Source: an uncultured delta proteobacterium (lineage in GTDB: Bacteria; Desulfobacterota; RBG-13-43-22). From it: 64,000 nucleotides of DNA. The DNA is taken from assembly GCA_963711835.1 (NCBI GenBank), contig CAVQFQ010000021.1:160001-224000 (forward strand), given 5' to 3'. The translations under genes and the position numbers were made by a program. This document shows positions 50,020-59,042 of the stretch, piece by piece; positions within the stretch are counted from its first letter, which is position 1, and every line of letters starts with the position of its first letter. The notes under the pieces are model-generated. The model saw only the letters and a program-made list of their open reading frames with translations. It was not told where the DNA came from and made no database searches.

Positions 50020-50829
50020 ATGCCAACTTCCCCCTTTCCAGGCGTAAACACTGACCAGGTTATGGTTAAACTGACTAACGTCAGCCTCTGGCGGGACCGT
50101 CCCCTTCTGGAAAACATCAACTGGACAGTCTATCACCATCAAAATTGGGTGGTTCTGGGCCGGAATGGTGCGGGCAAGACCCTTCTCTTGCGGATCATAG
50201 CCGGATACCTCTGGCCCAGCCAAGGAGAGGTGGACGTGCTGGGTGAAAGATTCGGCCAAGTGGATCTGCGGGAATTGCGCCAGGGTCTGGGCTGGGTTTC
50301 AACTGCTCTGGCCGAAAGAATACCGGGGCACGACACGGCCCGGGAGGTGGTCCTCTCCGGCGCCTTTGCCACCTTCGGTCTCTATCAGCCTGTATCGGCT
50401 GAACTGCACAACAGGGCCGATAAGCTCTTGGCCGAAATGGGCCTGGCCGCCCTGGCCGACCGGAAATTCGAAAACCTTTCAGCCGGCGAAAGACAAAGGG
50501 TGCTTCTGGCCCGCAGCCGCATGCCTGAGCCGAGGCTGCTGATCCTGGACGAACCCTGCGCCGGTCTGGACCTGGCGGCCCGGGAAAAACTATTGTCCCT
50601 TATCAGCCTCATGGCCGCTGATCCGACCGGACCCACCATGATCATGGTTACCCACCGCGTTTCCGATATCGTTCCCGGCTTTAGCCATGGATTGTTGATT
50701 CACCAGGGCCGCATCGCAGCCGCCGGTCCCTTGGATTTGGTTATGACCGATGATCTGCTGAGCCGCACCCTGGAGATGCCCCTCCATATCACCCGCCGCC
50801 AGGGCCGCTGGCTGTTGGAGGTAATTTAA
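50020..50829 (+). CDS. ABC ATPase (ModF-like), no adjacent permease
   Basis: GRNGAGKT, LSAGERQR, LDEPCAGLD, VTH. Confidence 0.9.
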   Translation: MPTSPFPGVNTDQVMVKLTNVSLWRDRPLLENINWTVYHHQNWVVLGRNGAGKTLLLRIIAGYLWPSQGEVDVLGERFGQVDLRELRQGLGWVSTALAERIPGHDTAREVVLSGAFATFGLYQPVSAELHNRADKLLAEMGLAALADRKFENLSAGERQRVLLARSRMPEPRLLILDEPCAGLDLAAREKLLSLISLMAADPTGPTMIMVTHRVSDIVPGFSHGLLIHQGRIAAAGPLDLVMTDDLLSRTLEMPLHITRRQGRWLLEVI

Positions 50830-50841
50830 GGAGGCCGAACC

Positions 50842-51630
50842 ATGCAAGTCAGAACCAACGGCATTCTGATGGAATATGAACTTTCCGGCAAACAGGACGC
50901 ACCCATGGTCATGATGAGCCATTCCCTGGGTTGCGATCTGGCCCTGTGGGCTTTTCAATTAGAGACCCTCGAACCTCATTTTCGGGTGCTTCGCTATGAT
51001 ACCCGCGGCCACGGCGGCAGCCAGGCGACGGAGGGAGCCTACACCCTTGAGCAGCTTGGTTTGGATGCCGTTTCTTTGCTGGATGCCCTGGGGGTGGAAA
51101 GGGTTCACTGGGTGGGGATTTCCTTGGGCGGAATGATCGGACAGGAGCTGGCCTTGAACCATCCCGACCGCATCCTGAGCCTGTCTTTATGTGATACGGC
51201 CGCCAACCTTCCCCCGGAGGCGCAGCCGCTCTGGCAGGAGCGGATCGAAACGGTTCGGACCAAAGGCCTGGGGGCACTGGTCGAGGCAACCCTGGAACGC
51301 TGGTTTACCACGGCCTTTCTGGCCGGGAATCCAGCACAGGTCGAGCGGATACGCCGTCAATTTCTGACCACACCGGCTGCCGGGTTTATCGGATGCGTTG
51401 AAGCCATTCGGGGCTTGAATTATCTGGACCGCCTGCCTGAGATCCGGATCCCGACCCTGATTATCGTCGGCGAGGACGATCCCGGAACGCCCGTGGCTTT
51501 TTCGGAGGCCATCCATGAACGCATTGCCGGCTCTCAGCTGGTCGTGCTCCCAAAAGCAGCCCATCTCTCCAATGTAGAACAGAGCCGGGCCTTCAACCAG
51601 GCCCTCTTAGAATTTCTAAAGAAATTCTGA
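50842..51630 (+). CDS. pcaD: 3-oxoadipate enol-lactonase-like alpha/beta hydrolase
   Basis: RYDTRGHG, GISLGG, ERWFT, AAHLSNVEQ. Confidence 0.85.
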   Translation: MQVRTNGILMEYELSGKQDAPMVMMSHSLGCDLALWAFQLETLEPHFRVLRYDTRGHGGSQATEGAYTLEQLGLDAVSLLDALGVERVHWVGISLGGMIGQELALNHPDRILSLSLCDTAANLPPEAQPLWQERIETVRTKGLGALVEATLERWFTTAFLAGNPAQVERIRRQFLTTPAAGFIGCVEAIRGLNYLDRLPEIRIPTLIIVGEDDPGTPVAFSEAIHERIAGSQLVVLPKAAHLSNVEQSRAFNQALLEFLKKF

Positions 51631-51693
51631 ATATGCCGGTCAAGGAACGCAAGAAACTGTTTTCGGTTATAGTTAGTAATGGGTTCAATAGGG

Positions 51694-51875
51694 TCAGATC
51701 TGCTCTTGACTCTTGGTCATTTTAAAAACGAGCAGGGTCATCCTCGGATTCTGCCCCGACACTATTTCAAAACGCCGGTGGCCGCCACAGAAACGGCGGA
51801 CTAATTCGGTTACCTCTTTGCAGACGTGCTCTATCTCCACGGGCGGCACAGGGGGAAAGGCCTTCCAGGCTGAAC
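51694..51875 (-). pseudogene. Possible C-terminal remnant of a B3/B4 (PheT-like) domain protein
   Basis: Minus frame reads PPVPPVEIEHVCKEVTELVRRFCGG..IVSGQNP with no start; resemblance from memory only. Confidence 0.3.
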
Positions 51876-52009
51876 TCGATGGCTTGGGTGTCGATTCGGG
51901 TCAGGGTATGATCGGCCTGGCGCCGAGTCAGCACGCCCCCCCTTCGGCGGAGACAATTTCAGCGGGGAATTTCCTGGTTATGGGCTTGACAGCTCTTTTT
52001 TTTCTGCAA

Positions 52010-52041
52010 TTGTTAACTTTATTTTTTAGTCAGGTTAACTA
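52010..52041. promoter_or_regulatory. BirA-type operator upstream of bioB
   Basis: TTGTTAACT-N14-GGTTAACTA, just downstream of TTGACA (51986). Confidence 0.7.
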
Positions 52042-52054
52042 CTAAAGGTATCCG

Positions 52055-53047
52055 ATGGAAGCACGTATCGCCTCTTTGGGCAGAAAAGTACTTGAAGAAA
52101 ATCTCCTCTCTCCTGAAGAAGCCCTGCCTTTGACCGGAGTCTGCGAACCGGAAGCTGTTTTTGAACTTCTTTTCTGGGCCAATCGGATCCGGCATCGCTT
52201 CAAAGGCCGGGCCATCGACCTCTGCGCCATCGTCAACGCCAAATCGGGCCGCTGCTCCGAGGACTGCGCTTTCTGCGCCCAATCGGCACGCTTTCCCACC
52301 CGGGCGCCCGCCTACCCCCTGATGGATTTTGCAGAAATGCTTTCCGCAGCTCAGAGGGCCTTTGAGGGCGGGGCCCGTCGCTTTAGTCTGGTCACCAGCG
52401 GCCGGGGCTTGTCCGACCCGGAAGAGATCGGCCGGGTCTGCCGGGTCATTTCCGAACTCTTGACCGGAAAACAAGTCAGCCCCTGCGCCTCTCTGGGCCT
52501 GCTCAGCCCTGAAACAGCCGCCCGCCTGAAAAAATCCGGACTGGTCAGATACCATCACAATATTGAAACCGCGCCCAGTTTTTATCCCTCTATCTGCAGC
52601 ACGCATTCCATAGAGGCCCGCCTGGAAACCATCCGGACCGCCCGGGCAGCGGGCCTGGAAGTATGTTCCGGAGGAATTCTCGGCTTAGGGGAAACCTGGG
52701 AGCAGCGGATCGAAATGGCCTTTGCCCTGCGGGAGCTCGGAGTGGATTCCATTCCCCTGAATTTTCTGAATCCAATTCCCGGCACCCCGCTGGAGGGACA
52801 GCCGCCCCTGCCGCCCCTGGAGATACTCAAATCCATTGCCCTCTTCCGTTTTATTCTGCCCCGGGCCGATATCCGGACCTGCGGGGGCCGGGAAAAGGGC
52901 CTGCGCACCTTGCAGCCCTTGATGTACCTGGCCGGCTGCAACGGAACCATGATCGGCAGCTATTTGACCACTGAGGGGCGAAGCCCGGAGATTGATCTGC
53001 AGGAGATCCTTGATTTGGGACTTGTCCCCAGCCCTAAATCAATCTAA
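52055..53047 (+). CDS. bioB: Biotin synthase
   Basis: NAKSGRCSEDCAFCAQS, YHHNIET, CSGGILGLGE, PLNFLNPIPGTP, YLTT. Confidence 0.95.
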   Translation: MEARIASLGRKVLEENLLSPEEALPLTGVCEPEAVFELLFWANRIRHRFKGRAIDLCAIVNAKSGRCSEDCAFCAQSARFPTRAPAYPLMDFAEMLSAAQRAFEGGARRFSLVTSGRGLSDPEEIGRVCRVISELLTGKQVSPCASLGLLSPETAARLKKSGLVRYHHNIETAPSFYPSICSTHSIEARLETIRTARAAGLEVCSGGILGLGETWEQRIEMAFALRELGVDSIPLNFLNPIPGTPLEGQPPLPPLEILKSIALFRFILPRADIRTCGGREKGLRTLQPLMYLAGCNGTMIGSYLTTEGRSPEIDLQEILDLGLVPSPKSI

Positions 53048-53099
53048 TACAGATACGTTAAAAACCCTGGTAAGCCCTTTGGGGGCCAGGGCGAAGCTG

Positions 53100-53390
53100 C
53101 TGACCATGGGGACTTCAGTAAAGCCTTGGGATCTCTGGGCGGCTTTATTAGCGGGGCGGAAGAGATCAGGGATTACCTGCAGAATAAAGCTCGGACCCTT
53201 TTTTATTCCACGGCCCTGCCTCCGGCGGTCTGTGCCTCCATTCTTTCAGCTCTGGATAGTGTTAGAAATCAACCAGATACAAGAAATAAGCTTAAGCAGA
53301 ATATTACCTATTTTCAGGCCGGCTATCAGGCCGCCTGCGCATCAGCCTCATGGCCGGTCACACCCGAGAGCACCTGGTCCGACCAGGACC
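53100..53390 (+). pseudogene. bioF: Collapsed 8-amino-7-oxononanoate synthase remnant
   Basis: MGT/SKALGSLGGF..YLQNKAR.LFYSTALPP, then in another frame GRLRISLMAGHTREHL; N-terminal half absent. Confidence 0.8.
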
Positions 53391-53494
53391 GGCCCGACTC
53401 GGCCAACAAATCGCTGAAGCCTGAGAATCGCCTTTAACAGGTCTTCCTTTTTCTTCTGGCCCTTGACTCTTGACTCCTGTATTCTAACACCCTT

Positions 53495-54928
53495 ATGTCC
53501 TCCACTGCAGATTCCACTTTAAGCCTGACCCTCTCCGGCAACCTTTATCTGGGTCTGTGGAGGAATTTCTGGCCAATGCTGCTGATCATGGTCCTTAATT
53601 TCCTGGTCGGTTTGACTGATGTCTATGTAGCCGGTCTGATCAGTTCCCAGGTGCAAGGGGCCATCGGCTATATCACCCAGCTCTTTTTTCTTTTAATCAT
53701 CCTGGCCAATGCTATCGGCATCGGGACCGTCTCCCTGGTTTCCCAGGCCAGCGGAGCCGGGCAAACCCAGGAAGTGATTCACCTCTCCCGGCAATCCCTT
53801 ATTTTCGGGATCCTGATCGCCTTCTTTCTCAGCCTGGGCGGATGGTTTTTCCCGGATTGGATCGTCCGCTTAAGCGGGGTGCCGGAACCAATCCGGACCG
53901 TGGCCGCCACTTTTTTAAGGATCTTTGCCCTGGCCCTGGGTCCCAATTACTTTCTCATCATTTCCGGGGCTGTTTTCCGGGCTCGAGGAGAACCCAAGAA
54001 GCCGCTTCTGATCATGACTGTGGTCAGCCTCTTGAACATACTCCTGGAGTTCGGACTGGTCTTCGGGTATGGACCGTTGCCGGAATTGGGCTATGCCGGG
54101 ATCGCCGTAGCCACGGCCATAGCCTTCGTAGCCGGGGCCATGCTGACCTTCCTGCTTCTTTTACACCCTTCCTGGCGGCCGGTCCTTCGACCCCCCTTTC
54201 GCCTGGAATGGGGCTTTGTCAAAGTCCTTTCCACCCGGAGCTGGCCCATAGCCCTGCTGCAATTGGTCTGGAATGCCGGCAGCGTAGCCCTTTTTTATCT
54301 GTTGGGACGCCTGGGTCCGGAAAGCATTTTTGCCCTGGCCGCCTTTTCCAACGGCCTCCGCCTGGAGGCGGTTATTTATCTTCCGGCCTTTGCCCTGCAC
54401 ATGGCCGCCTCGGTTATGGTGGGTCAAAACTTAGGGGCGGGATTGGAGGACCGGGCTGCCCGGTCGGGCTGGCAGATCGCCGGCACCGGGGCCGCGGTCC
54501 TGGGGATCCTGGCCGGGGTCATCTATTTTTTATCCGAAATCCTGGCCGGTTTCCTGACTACCGATCCCCTGGTCTTCCGGGAAACGGTCCGCTATTTGAA
54601 GATCGGTATGTTTTCCGAACCCTTCATGGCGGCCAGCCTGGCTTTGTCCGGGGGAATGCAGGGAGCCGGTGATTCCCGAAGCCCGCTCTATGTCATCTCA
54701 GCGGCCATGTGGCTGGTTCGCCTTCCTCTGGCTTATCTCTTCGCCTTTTCGCTGGCCCTGGGTCCTACCGGAATCTGGCTGGCCATGACCATCTCCATGA
54801 TCATCCAGGGCATACTTATGGCCTGGCGGTTTAATTCAGGGCGCTGGAAAGAAGCAGGAAAAAGGAGAGACAGAACCGTGATGGGAATTAAAAAGCCCGA
54901 GAGATCCTATCGGCAGGAAGTTAATTGA
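53495..54928 (+). CDS. MATE family efflux transporter
   Basis: ~12 TM segments, LVSQASGA, RARGEPKKP, MVGQNLGAG, QGAGDS. Confidence 0.92.
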   Translation: MSSTADSTLSLTLSGNLYLGLWRNFWPMLLIMVLNFLVGLTDVYVAGLISSQVQGAIGYITQLFFLLIILANAIGIGTVSLVSQASGAGQTQEVIHLSRQSLIFGILIAFFLSLGGWFFPDWIVRLSGVPEPIRTVAATFLRIFALALGPNYFLIISGAVFRARGEPKKPLLIMTVVSLLNILLEFGLVFGYGPLPELGYAGIAVATAIAFVAGAMLTFLLLLHPSWRPVLRPPFRLEWGFVKVLSTRSWPIALLQLVWNAGSVALFYLLGRLGPESIFALAAFSNGLRLEAVIYLPAFALHMAASVMVGQNLGAGLEDRAARSGWQIAGTGAAVLGILAGVIYFLSEILAGFLTTDPLVFRETVRYLKIGMFSEPFMAASLALSGGMQGAGDSRSPLYVISAAMWLVRLPLAYLFAFSLALGPTGIWLAMTISMIIQGILMAWRFNSGRWKEAGKRRDRTVMGIKKPERSYRQEVN

Positions 54929-54929
54929 C

Positions 54930-55165
54930 GTATTCGCCGTACCGGACCAGGGCATCCGCCAGGTCGGGTGTTTCAGGCATGTCGGCGATGTTCCTGGTGA
55001 CCTTCAGCCCGAGTATCTCGGGTTCCCTGGGAGTCACAGGATAGAGTATTCCCCCGGAACCCGCCGTCGATCATGTGTTTAAGGGTCAGGAAACCCCATT
55101 TCCCCGGATCACTGGAAGCGCCCACAAAGGCCACCGATCGCGCATTAAATAAAGAAGTTAGTGGT
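54930..55165 (-). pseudogene. Truncated CoA-binding N-terminus of an ADP-forming acyl-CoA synthetase
   Basis: LFNARSVAFVGASSDPGKWG..GGFRG, frameshift, then YPVTPREPEILGLK..MPETPDLA, then lost. Confidence 0.75.
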
Positions 55166-55279
55166 GTTGGACTCAGTCTCAATTTTTTCCTTTCCGAATA
55201 GGGCCGACAGCCCCATAATCGCATCATTCCCATGACCTGTTTGTTCGATAGTCTGGTATTACTTTCCAGCAGGCCGTTC

Positions 55280-56386
55280 TTAGGTTTTCGCCTCTTTCTC
55301 CTCCAATATCCTTTGATGTAGTTCTCGGAAAGTCGAGGCGGGCTTTACCCCGATCTTGTCCTCTCTCGCCTTCAAGACCACAGCATCGGTTGGGCACACT
55401 GTTGCACATACACCACAACCGATACACCAATCACGATCGATGATCGGTACGCCGTCTTCCATTTGCACTGCCTCGACCGGACAAATCGTTGCACACTCTC
55501 CACAACCCGAACATCCGTTGGACTCGGTTTCTCTCATGAAGTACGTCGCCATGATGAAATCTCGCGGAATTTTTCTCCTCCGAATGTTGCCCACATTCCA
55601 GCAGGCACAGCCGCAACAGTTGCAGTTGTGTTTGATTTCGCCCTCTGCGTTGTCCACGAAGTGAACCAGTCCGGCCTCTTCTGTTACGCGGATCACGTCG
55701 AGGGCCTCTTCCTTGGTAAGCTCACGGGCTAGCCCTTTATTAATAACGAAGTCGGCCAACTCGTCGAATTTCATGCAAACTTCGGTGGGATGCTCGCATC
55801 CTCTGCCTACCAGTCGGTAGGAGACGCGGCAGGGACAGTGAGCTACGGCGATACGCCTGGCCTTGGTAATGACCTGCTCCATAAGTTGTACTGGGAAGAC
55901 CGCCTGCAAATCAGGTTTGATCGCTTTTCCTAAAGGGATGTATCTGTATTGCTTGCTCTTAGTGCCGTATGCCTCCGAGGTAACCTCCCGGTTAAAGTAC
56001 TTCGCCACCAAGAGAGCCATCTTGCGAGCGTGCGGAGTGTCTTCGCCCTTCCAGAAAAAGGTCTGGGGGAACCCGAATCCCACATGCAACAGGGCGTACC
56101 CCTTTTCACCGGTCGAGGTCGGTCCCACGTACAAGAGCCCTTTTTCGGCAAGACGGTCTAGAGTCGATTCCAATTCCTCTTGGGACATCGTAACTCGGGT
56201 CCCTATCTCGGAAACACAGACAGTTGAAAAAGGGATAACACCTGTAGGAAGCTTCAAAGCGATTTCCGCTTCTGATGAGTTGAAATTTTCTCTTAGTATT
56301 TCCAGCAGCGTTTCTCTGACAGGGTAACCCATGCCGACATTGCTCAAGTGATCGGCCAACCTTTGATAGACATTCTGTTCTTCCAT
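55280..56386 (-). CDS. 4Fe-4S binding protein (HTH-like N-terminus, Cys-rich core, 2x ferredoxin motif)
   Basis: CPCR, CNCCGCAC, CSGCGECATICP, CIGCGVCATVCP; SD AAGGAG before MEEQ. Confidence 0.9.
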   Translation of the reverse strand: MEEQNVYQRLADHLSNVGMGYPVRETLLEILRENFNSSEAEIALKLPTGVIPFSTVCVSEIGTRVTMSQEELESTLDRLAEKGLLYVGPTSTGEKGYALLHVGFGFPQTFFWKGEDTPHARKMALLVAKYFNREVTSEAYGTKSKQYRYIPLGKAIKPDLQAVFPVQLMEQVITKARRIAVAHCPCRVSYRLVGRGCEHPTEVCMKFDELADFVINKGLARELTKEEALDVIRVTEEAGLVHFVDNAEGEIKHNCNCCGCACWNVGNIRRRKIPRDFIMATYFMRETESNGCSGCGECATICPVEAVQMEDGVPIIDRDWCIGCGVCATVCPTDAVVLKAREDKIGVKPASTFRELHQRILEEKEAKT

Positions 56387-56813
56387 AGCTTTTTCTCCTT
56401 GAACTGCATTATCCGGGATTGCGAACCGGTAACTCTTGGACCTGTCCCCTTCCCGTTTTTTGATAAGAACTTGCTTTTTGATGGGAGGAGTATAAGACAA
56501 GGAAAAGACAGAATCAAGAAATTGATGCCTTAGAATAGCTGGCGGCCATGACCCCTCATATCCCCGATCACGGGGAATCCCGCAAGCGGGAGTTCTCTAT
56601 TATGGCTACGATAGTAATCTTTCCTGGGGACTTGGTCAAAAGGTGAATCAGGATACCCTCATTCCCTGCTTCCTGGATTTAGATGGAAACCCAAAACCCA
56701 ACTGAAAGTGGGTTAGGGTGATTCATGAACAGTATATGCAATGTATGGCGCAGCAGGTGATATGAGTACACTTGTCGGCACTCCCATAATCTGCATAACT
56801 TCTGTCGACCCTC

Positions 56814-57620
56814 TTATTTCTTCTGTTCCCTCATTAACGGCTTAACAAAACGGGACACCAGCTCAAAGTAACCTTCCCCGCAGCGGGCGAAGATGTCATT
56901 GTGCCCGGCGCCCGGGACCAGGACCAATTCCTTCCGGTGCGCCCCGGATTGCTGGAGGAGGATTTCGGATTCGGTGTATGGGATCAGCTCGTCCCGCTGT
57001 CCGGCGATCAGCAAGGTCGGTTTGGAGATAAAGACGATTTTTTCATAATTTCTGAATCCATCCTCCTCCCGGATTTTCAGGGTTTCCACCGGGATCCCCA
57101 GCAGGTTCAATAGCGGCAGCGAATAAGCGAAGGCGCTGTCCAGGATCAGGGCGGCGATCCGGTCCTTTCGCCGGTAGGCGATCTCGATGGCCGGGGCGCT
57201 GCCCAGCGATCGGCCCATGACCAGAAAGGGGCCGGTGCGCCCTCGATCCCGGCGCCAGTCATTGACCTGATCAAAGACCGCCAGGGCATCCGAAAGCAGG
57301 GTGCTGACGGATGGGATTCCCAGGCTCCGGCCGTATCCGCGATAATCCGCTACCAGAAGACTGATACCCAGCCGGTTGAATCCCGGACCAGCCTCGTCGT
57401 AATCGGAAGCGATTTCGCCGTTGCCATGAAAGAACAGTAAGTCAGGACCGGCCGGGTCGGCCGGGTAAAAACGGCCGCCGATTTCGATCCCGGAATCCAC
57501 CGGGAATAATGGATCTTCGGCTCCGGCAGGAAGCTGGGAGGAGGTTTCAGGACGCGGATAAAAAATCCGCTGATCGATCAGGGAGAAGTCAAATTGGGAA
57601 AAAGGGGAGGCGTCGGTCAT
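56814..57620 (-). CDS. Alpha/beta hydrolase (BEM46/ABHD17-like)
   Basis: FFHGNGE, DYRGYG, GRSLGS, GAGHND. Confidence 0.9.
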   Translation of the reverse strand: MTDASPFSQFDFSLIDQRIFYPRPETSSQLPAGAEDPLFPVDSGIEIGGRFYPADPAGPDLLFFHGNGEIASDYDEAGPGFNRLGISLLVADYRGYGRSLGIPSVSTLLSDALAVFDQVNDWRRDRGRTGPFLVMGRSLGSAPAIEIAYRRKDRIAALILDSAFAYSLPLLNLLGIPVETLKIREEDGFRNYEKIVFISKPTLLIAGQRDELIPYTESEILLQQSGAHRKELVLVPGAGHNDIFARCGEGYFELVSRFVKPLMREQKK

Positions 57621-57682
57621 CAGGGTTCCTTTTTTTGATAAAACATAAGGGAAAGGTTAAAGAATAAAAATGGGTGTACTCT

Positions 57683-57824
57683 TTCGAGGCGCAAAGTTGG
57701 CTGAGTTATGAATTTTTCATTTGCCTGTGAGAGGCGGGAAAATGAAAAAGCTCGTTTTGCTTTCCGCCCTCTCAGCGGAAAGCAAAAAATATTCTTCTCT
57801 GCGTCCTTTGCGTCTTTGCGGTGA
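57683..57824. repeat. Twin-hairpin element with complementary loops and (CTYTGCGTC)n flank
   Basis: Hairpins 57713-57749 (loop TGAGAGG) and 57755-57787 (loop CCTCTCA). Confidence 0.7.
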
Positions 57825-57866
57825 AAGGTAACATTTATTCGCTCTGATTAGTAGGTGATGGGTGGT

Positions 57867-59042
57867 TTAGAGGTCGGCAATCAAGGCCACCATGTCGCCC
57901 ACGGCTTGTTCCAAGCCGACATAGACGGCCCGGGCAATAATACTGTGGCCGATGCTGTATTCCTCGATTTCAGGAATTCCGGTAAAGCGTTTGATGTTGG
58001 TATAGTTCAGCCCATGGCCGGCGCTGACCAACAGCCCAAGCTGGACACCCAATTGAGCCCCGTTGGCCACCCGATCGAATTGCTTTTGGGCCTCTTTTTC
58101 ATTTTTGGCATCGGCATAATGACCGGTGTGCAGTTCGATGATATCGGCCCCCACCTCATGGGCGGCCCGGATCTGTTCGGGAACGGCGTCAATAAAAAGG
58201 CTGACCTTGATCCGGGCCCGGTGAAAGCGCCGAATCACCTCCTGCAGATTCTTTTTTTGCCGCCGGACCTCCAGGCCTCCTTCCGTGGTCAACTCCTGTC
58301 TTTTCTCCGGCACCAGGGTGACCATATCCGGACGGACCTTCAAAGCGATTCGGATGATTTCTTCGGCGGCCGCCATTTCCAGGTTCAATTTGGTCTTGAC
58401 GGTTTCCTTAAGCAAGGTCAGATCCCGGTCCTGGATGTGCCGGCGATCCTCCCTGAGGTGGATGATGATCCCTTCCGCTCCGGCCAGTTCGGCCAGGCCG
58501 GCCGCCATCACCGGATCGGGTTCGTTAATTTTCCGGGCCTGCCGGACCGTAGCGACATGATCCACATTAACCGCTAAGCGAGGTCGCTGCATACTCTTTT
58601 CCCCCTTCTGGCTGGCCTCTATCTGGGCCATAATTTCCTCAGTCTTTTGATCCATGCGGGCGGCCGCTTGGTCCGATCCTTCATGGTCGAACCCCATTAA
58701 ATGCAGGAGTCCGTGCACCAGGAGAAACGACAAACGATCCACCGTAGAAATTCCGCTGCTCCGGGCCTCGCGCCGGGCGGTTTCGGTGGAAATGATGATG
58801 TCCCCCCAAAGTTGAGGATTAATATCCGCATAAGGGCCTTCCCGCATGGGGAAGGACAGGACATTGGTCGGACCCCGGCGCCCGCGATAACGCCGGTTAA
58901 ACTCGGCCATCTCCCGGTCCTCGACCAACAACAAGCTGACCTCTCCTTCAGGAAAGGCCGAGGCTCTTAGGATTCGCCGGATAGCCTTCTCGATCTCTTC
59001 CGGGTCTATCAATCCCTGACGATTGTTTGTCTGAATCTCCAT
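57867..59042 (-). CDS. ybeY-pdxJ: YbeY endoribonuclease in frame with pyridoxine 5'-phosphate synthase PdxJ
   Basis: PTNVLSF, HGLLHLMGFDH; then LAVNVDHVATVRQAR, HLREDRRHI, LTTEGGL, AGHGL. Confidence 0.9.
   Translation of the reverse strand: MEIQTNNRQGLIDPEEIEKAIRRILRASAFPEGEVSLLLVEDREMAEFNRRYRGRRGPTNVLSFPMREGPYADINPQLWGDIIISTETARREARSSGISTVDRLSFLLVHGLLHLMGFDHEGSDQAAARMDQKTEEIMAQIEASQKGEKSMQRPRLAVNVDHVATVRQARKINEPDPVMAAGLAELAGAEGIIIHLREDRRHIQDRDLTLLKETVKTKLNLEMAAAEEIIRIALKVRPDMVTLVPEKRQELTTEGGLEVRRQKKNLQEVIRRFHRARIKVSLFIDAVPEQIRAAHEVGADIIELHTGHYADAKNEKEAQKQFDRVANGAQLGVQLGLLVSAGHGLNYTNIKRFTGIPEIEEYSIGHSIIARAVYVGLEQAVGDMVALIADL

Noticed and set aside
53842-54672. 276-aa alternative-frame ORF
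   Set aside because: Lies within the MATE gene with Pro/Gly/Arg-biased off-frame composition
56553-56607. Purine or c-di-GMP riboswitch
   Set aside because: Only CTCATAT resembles the purine aptamer; core junction and loop motifs are missing and the orientation is antisense to the nearby gene
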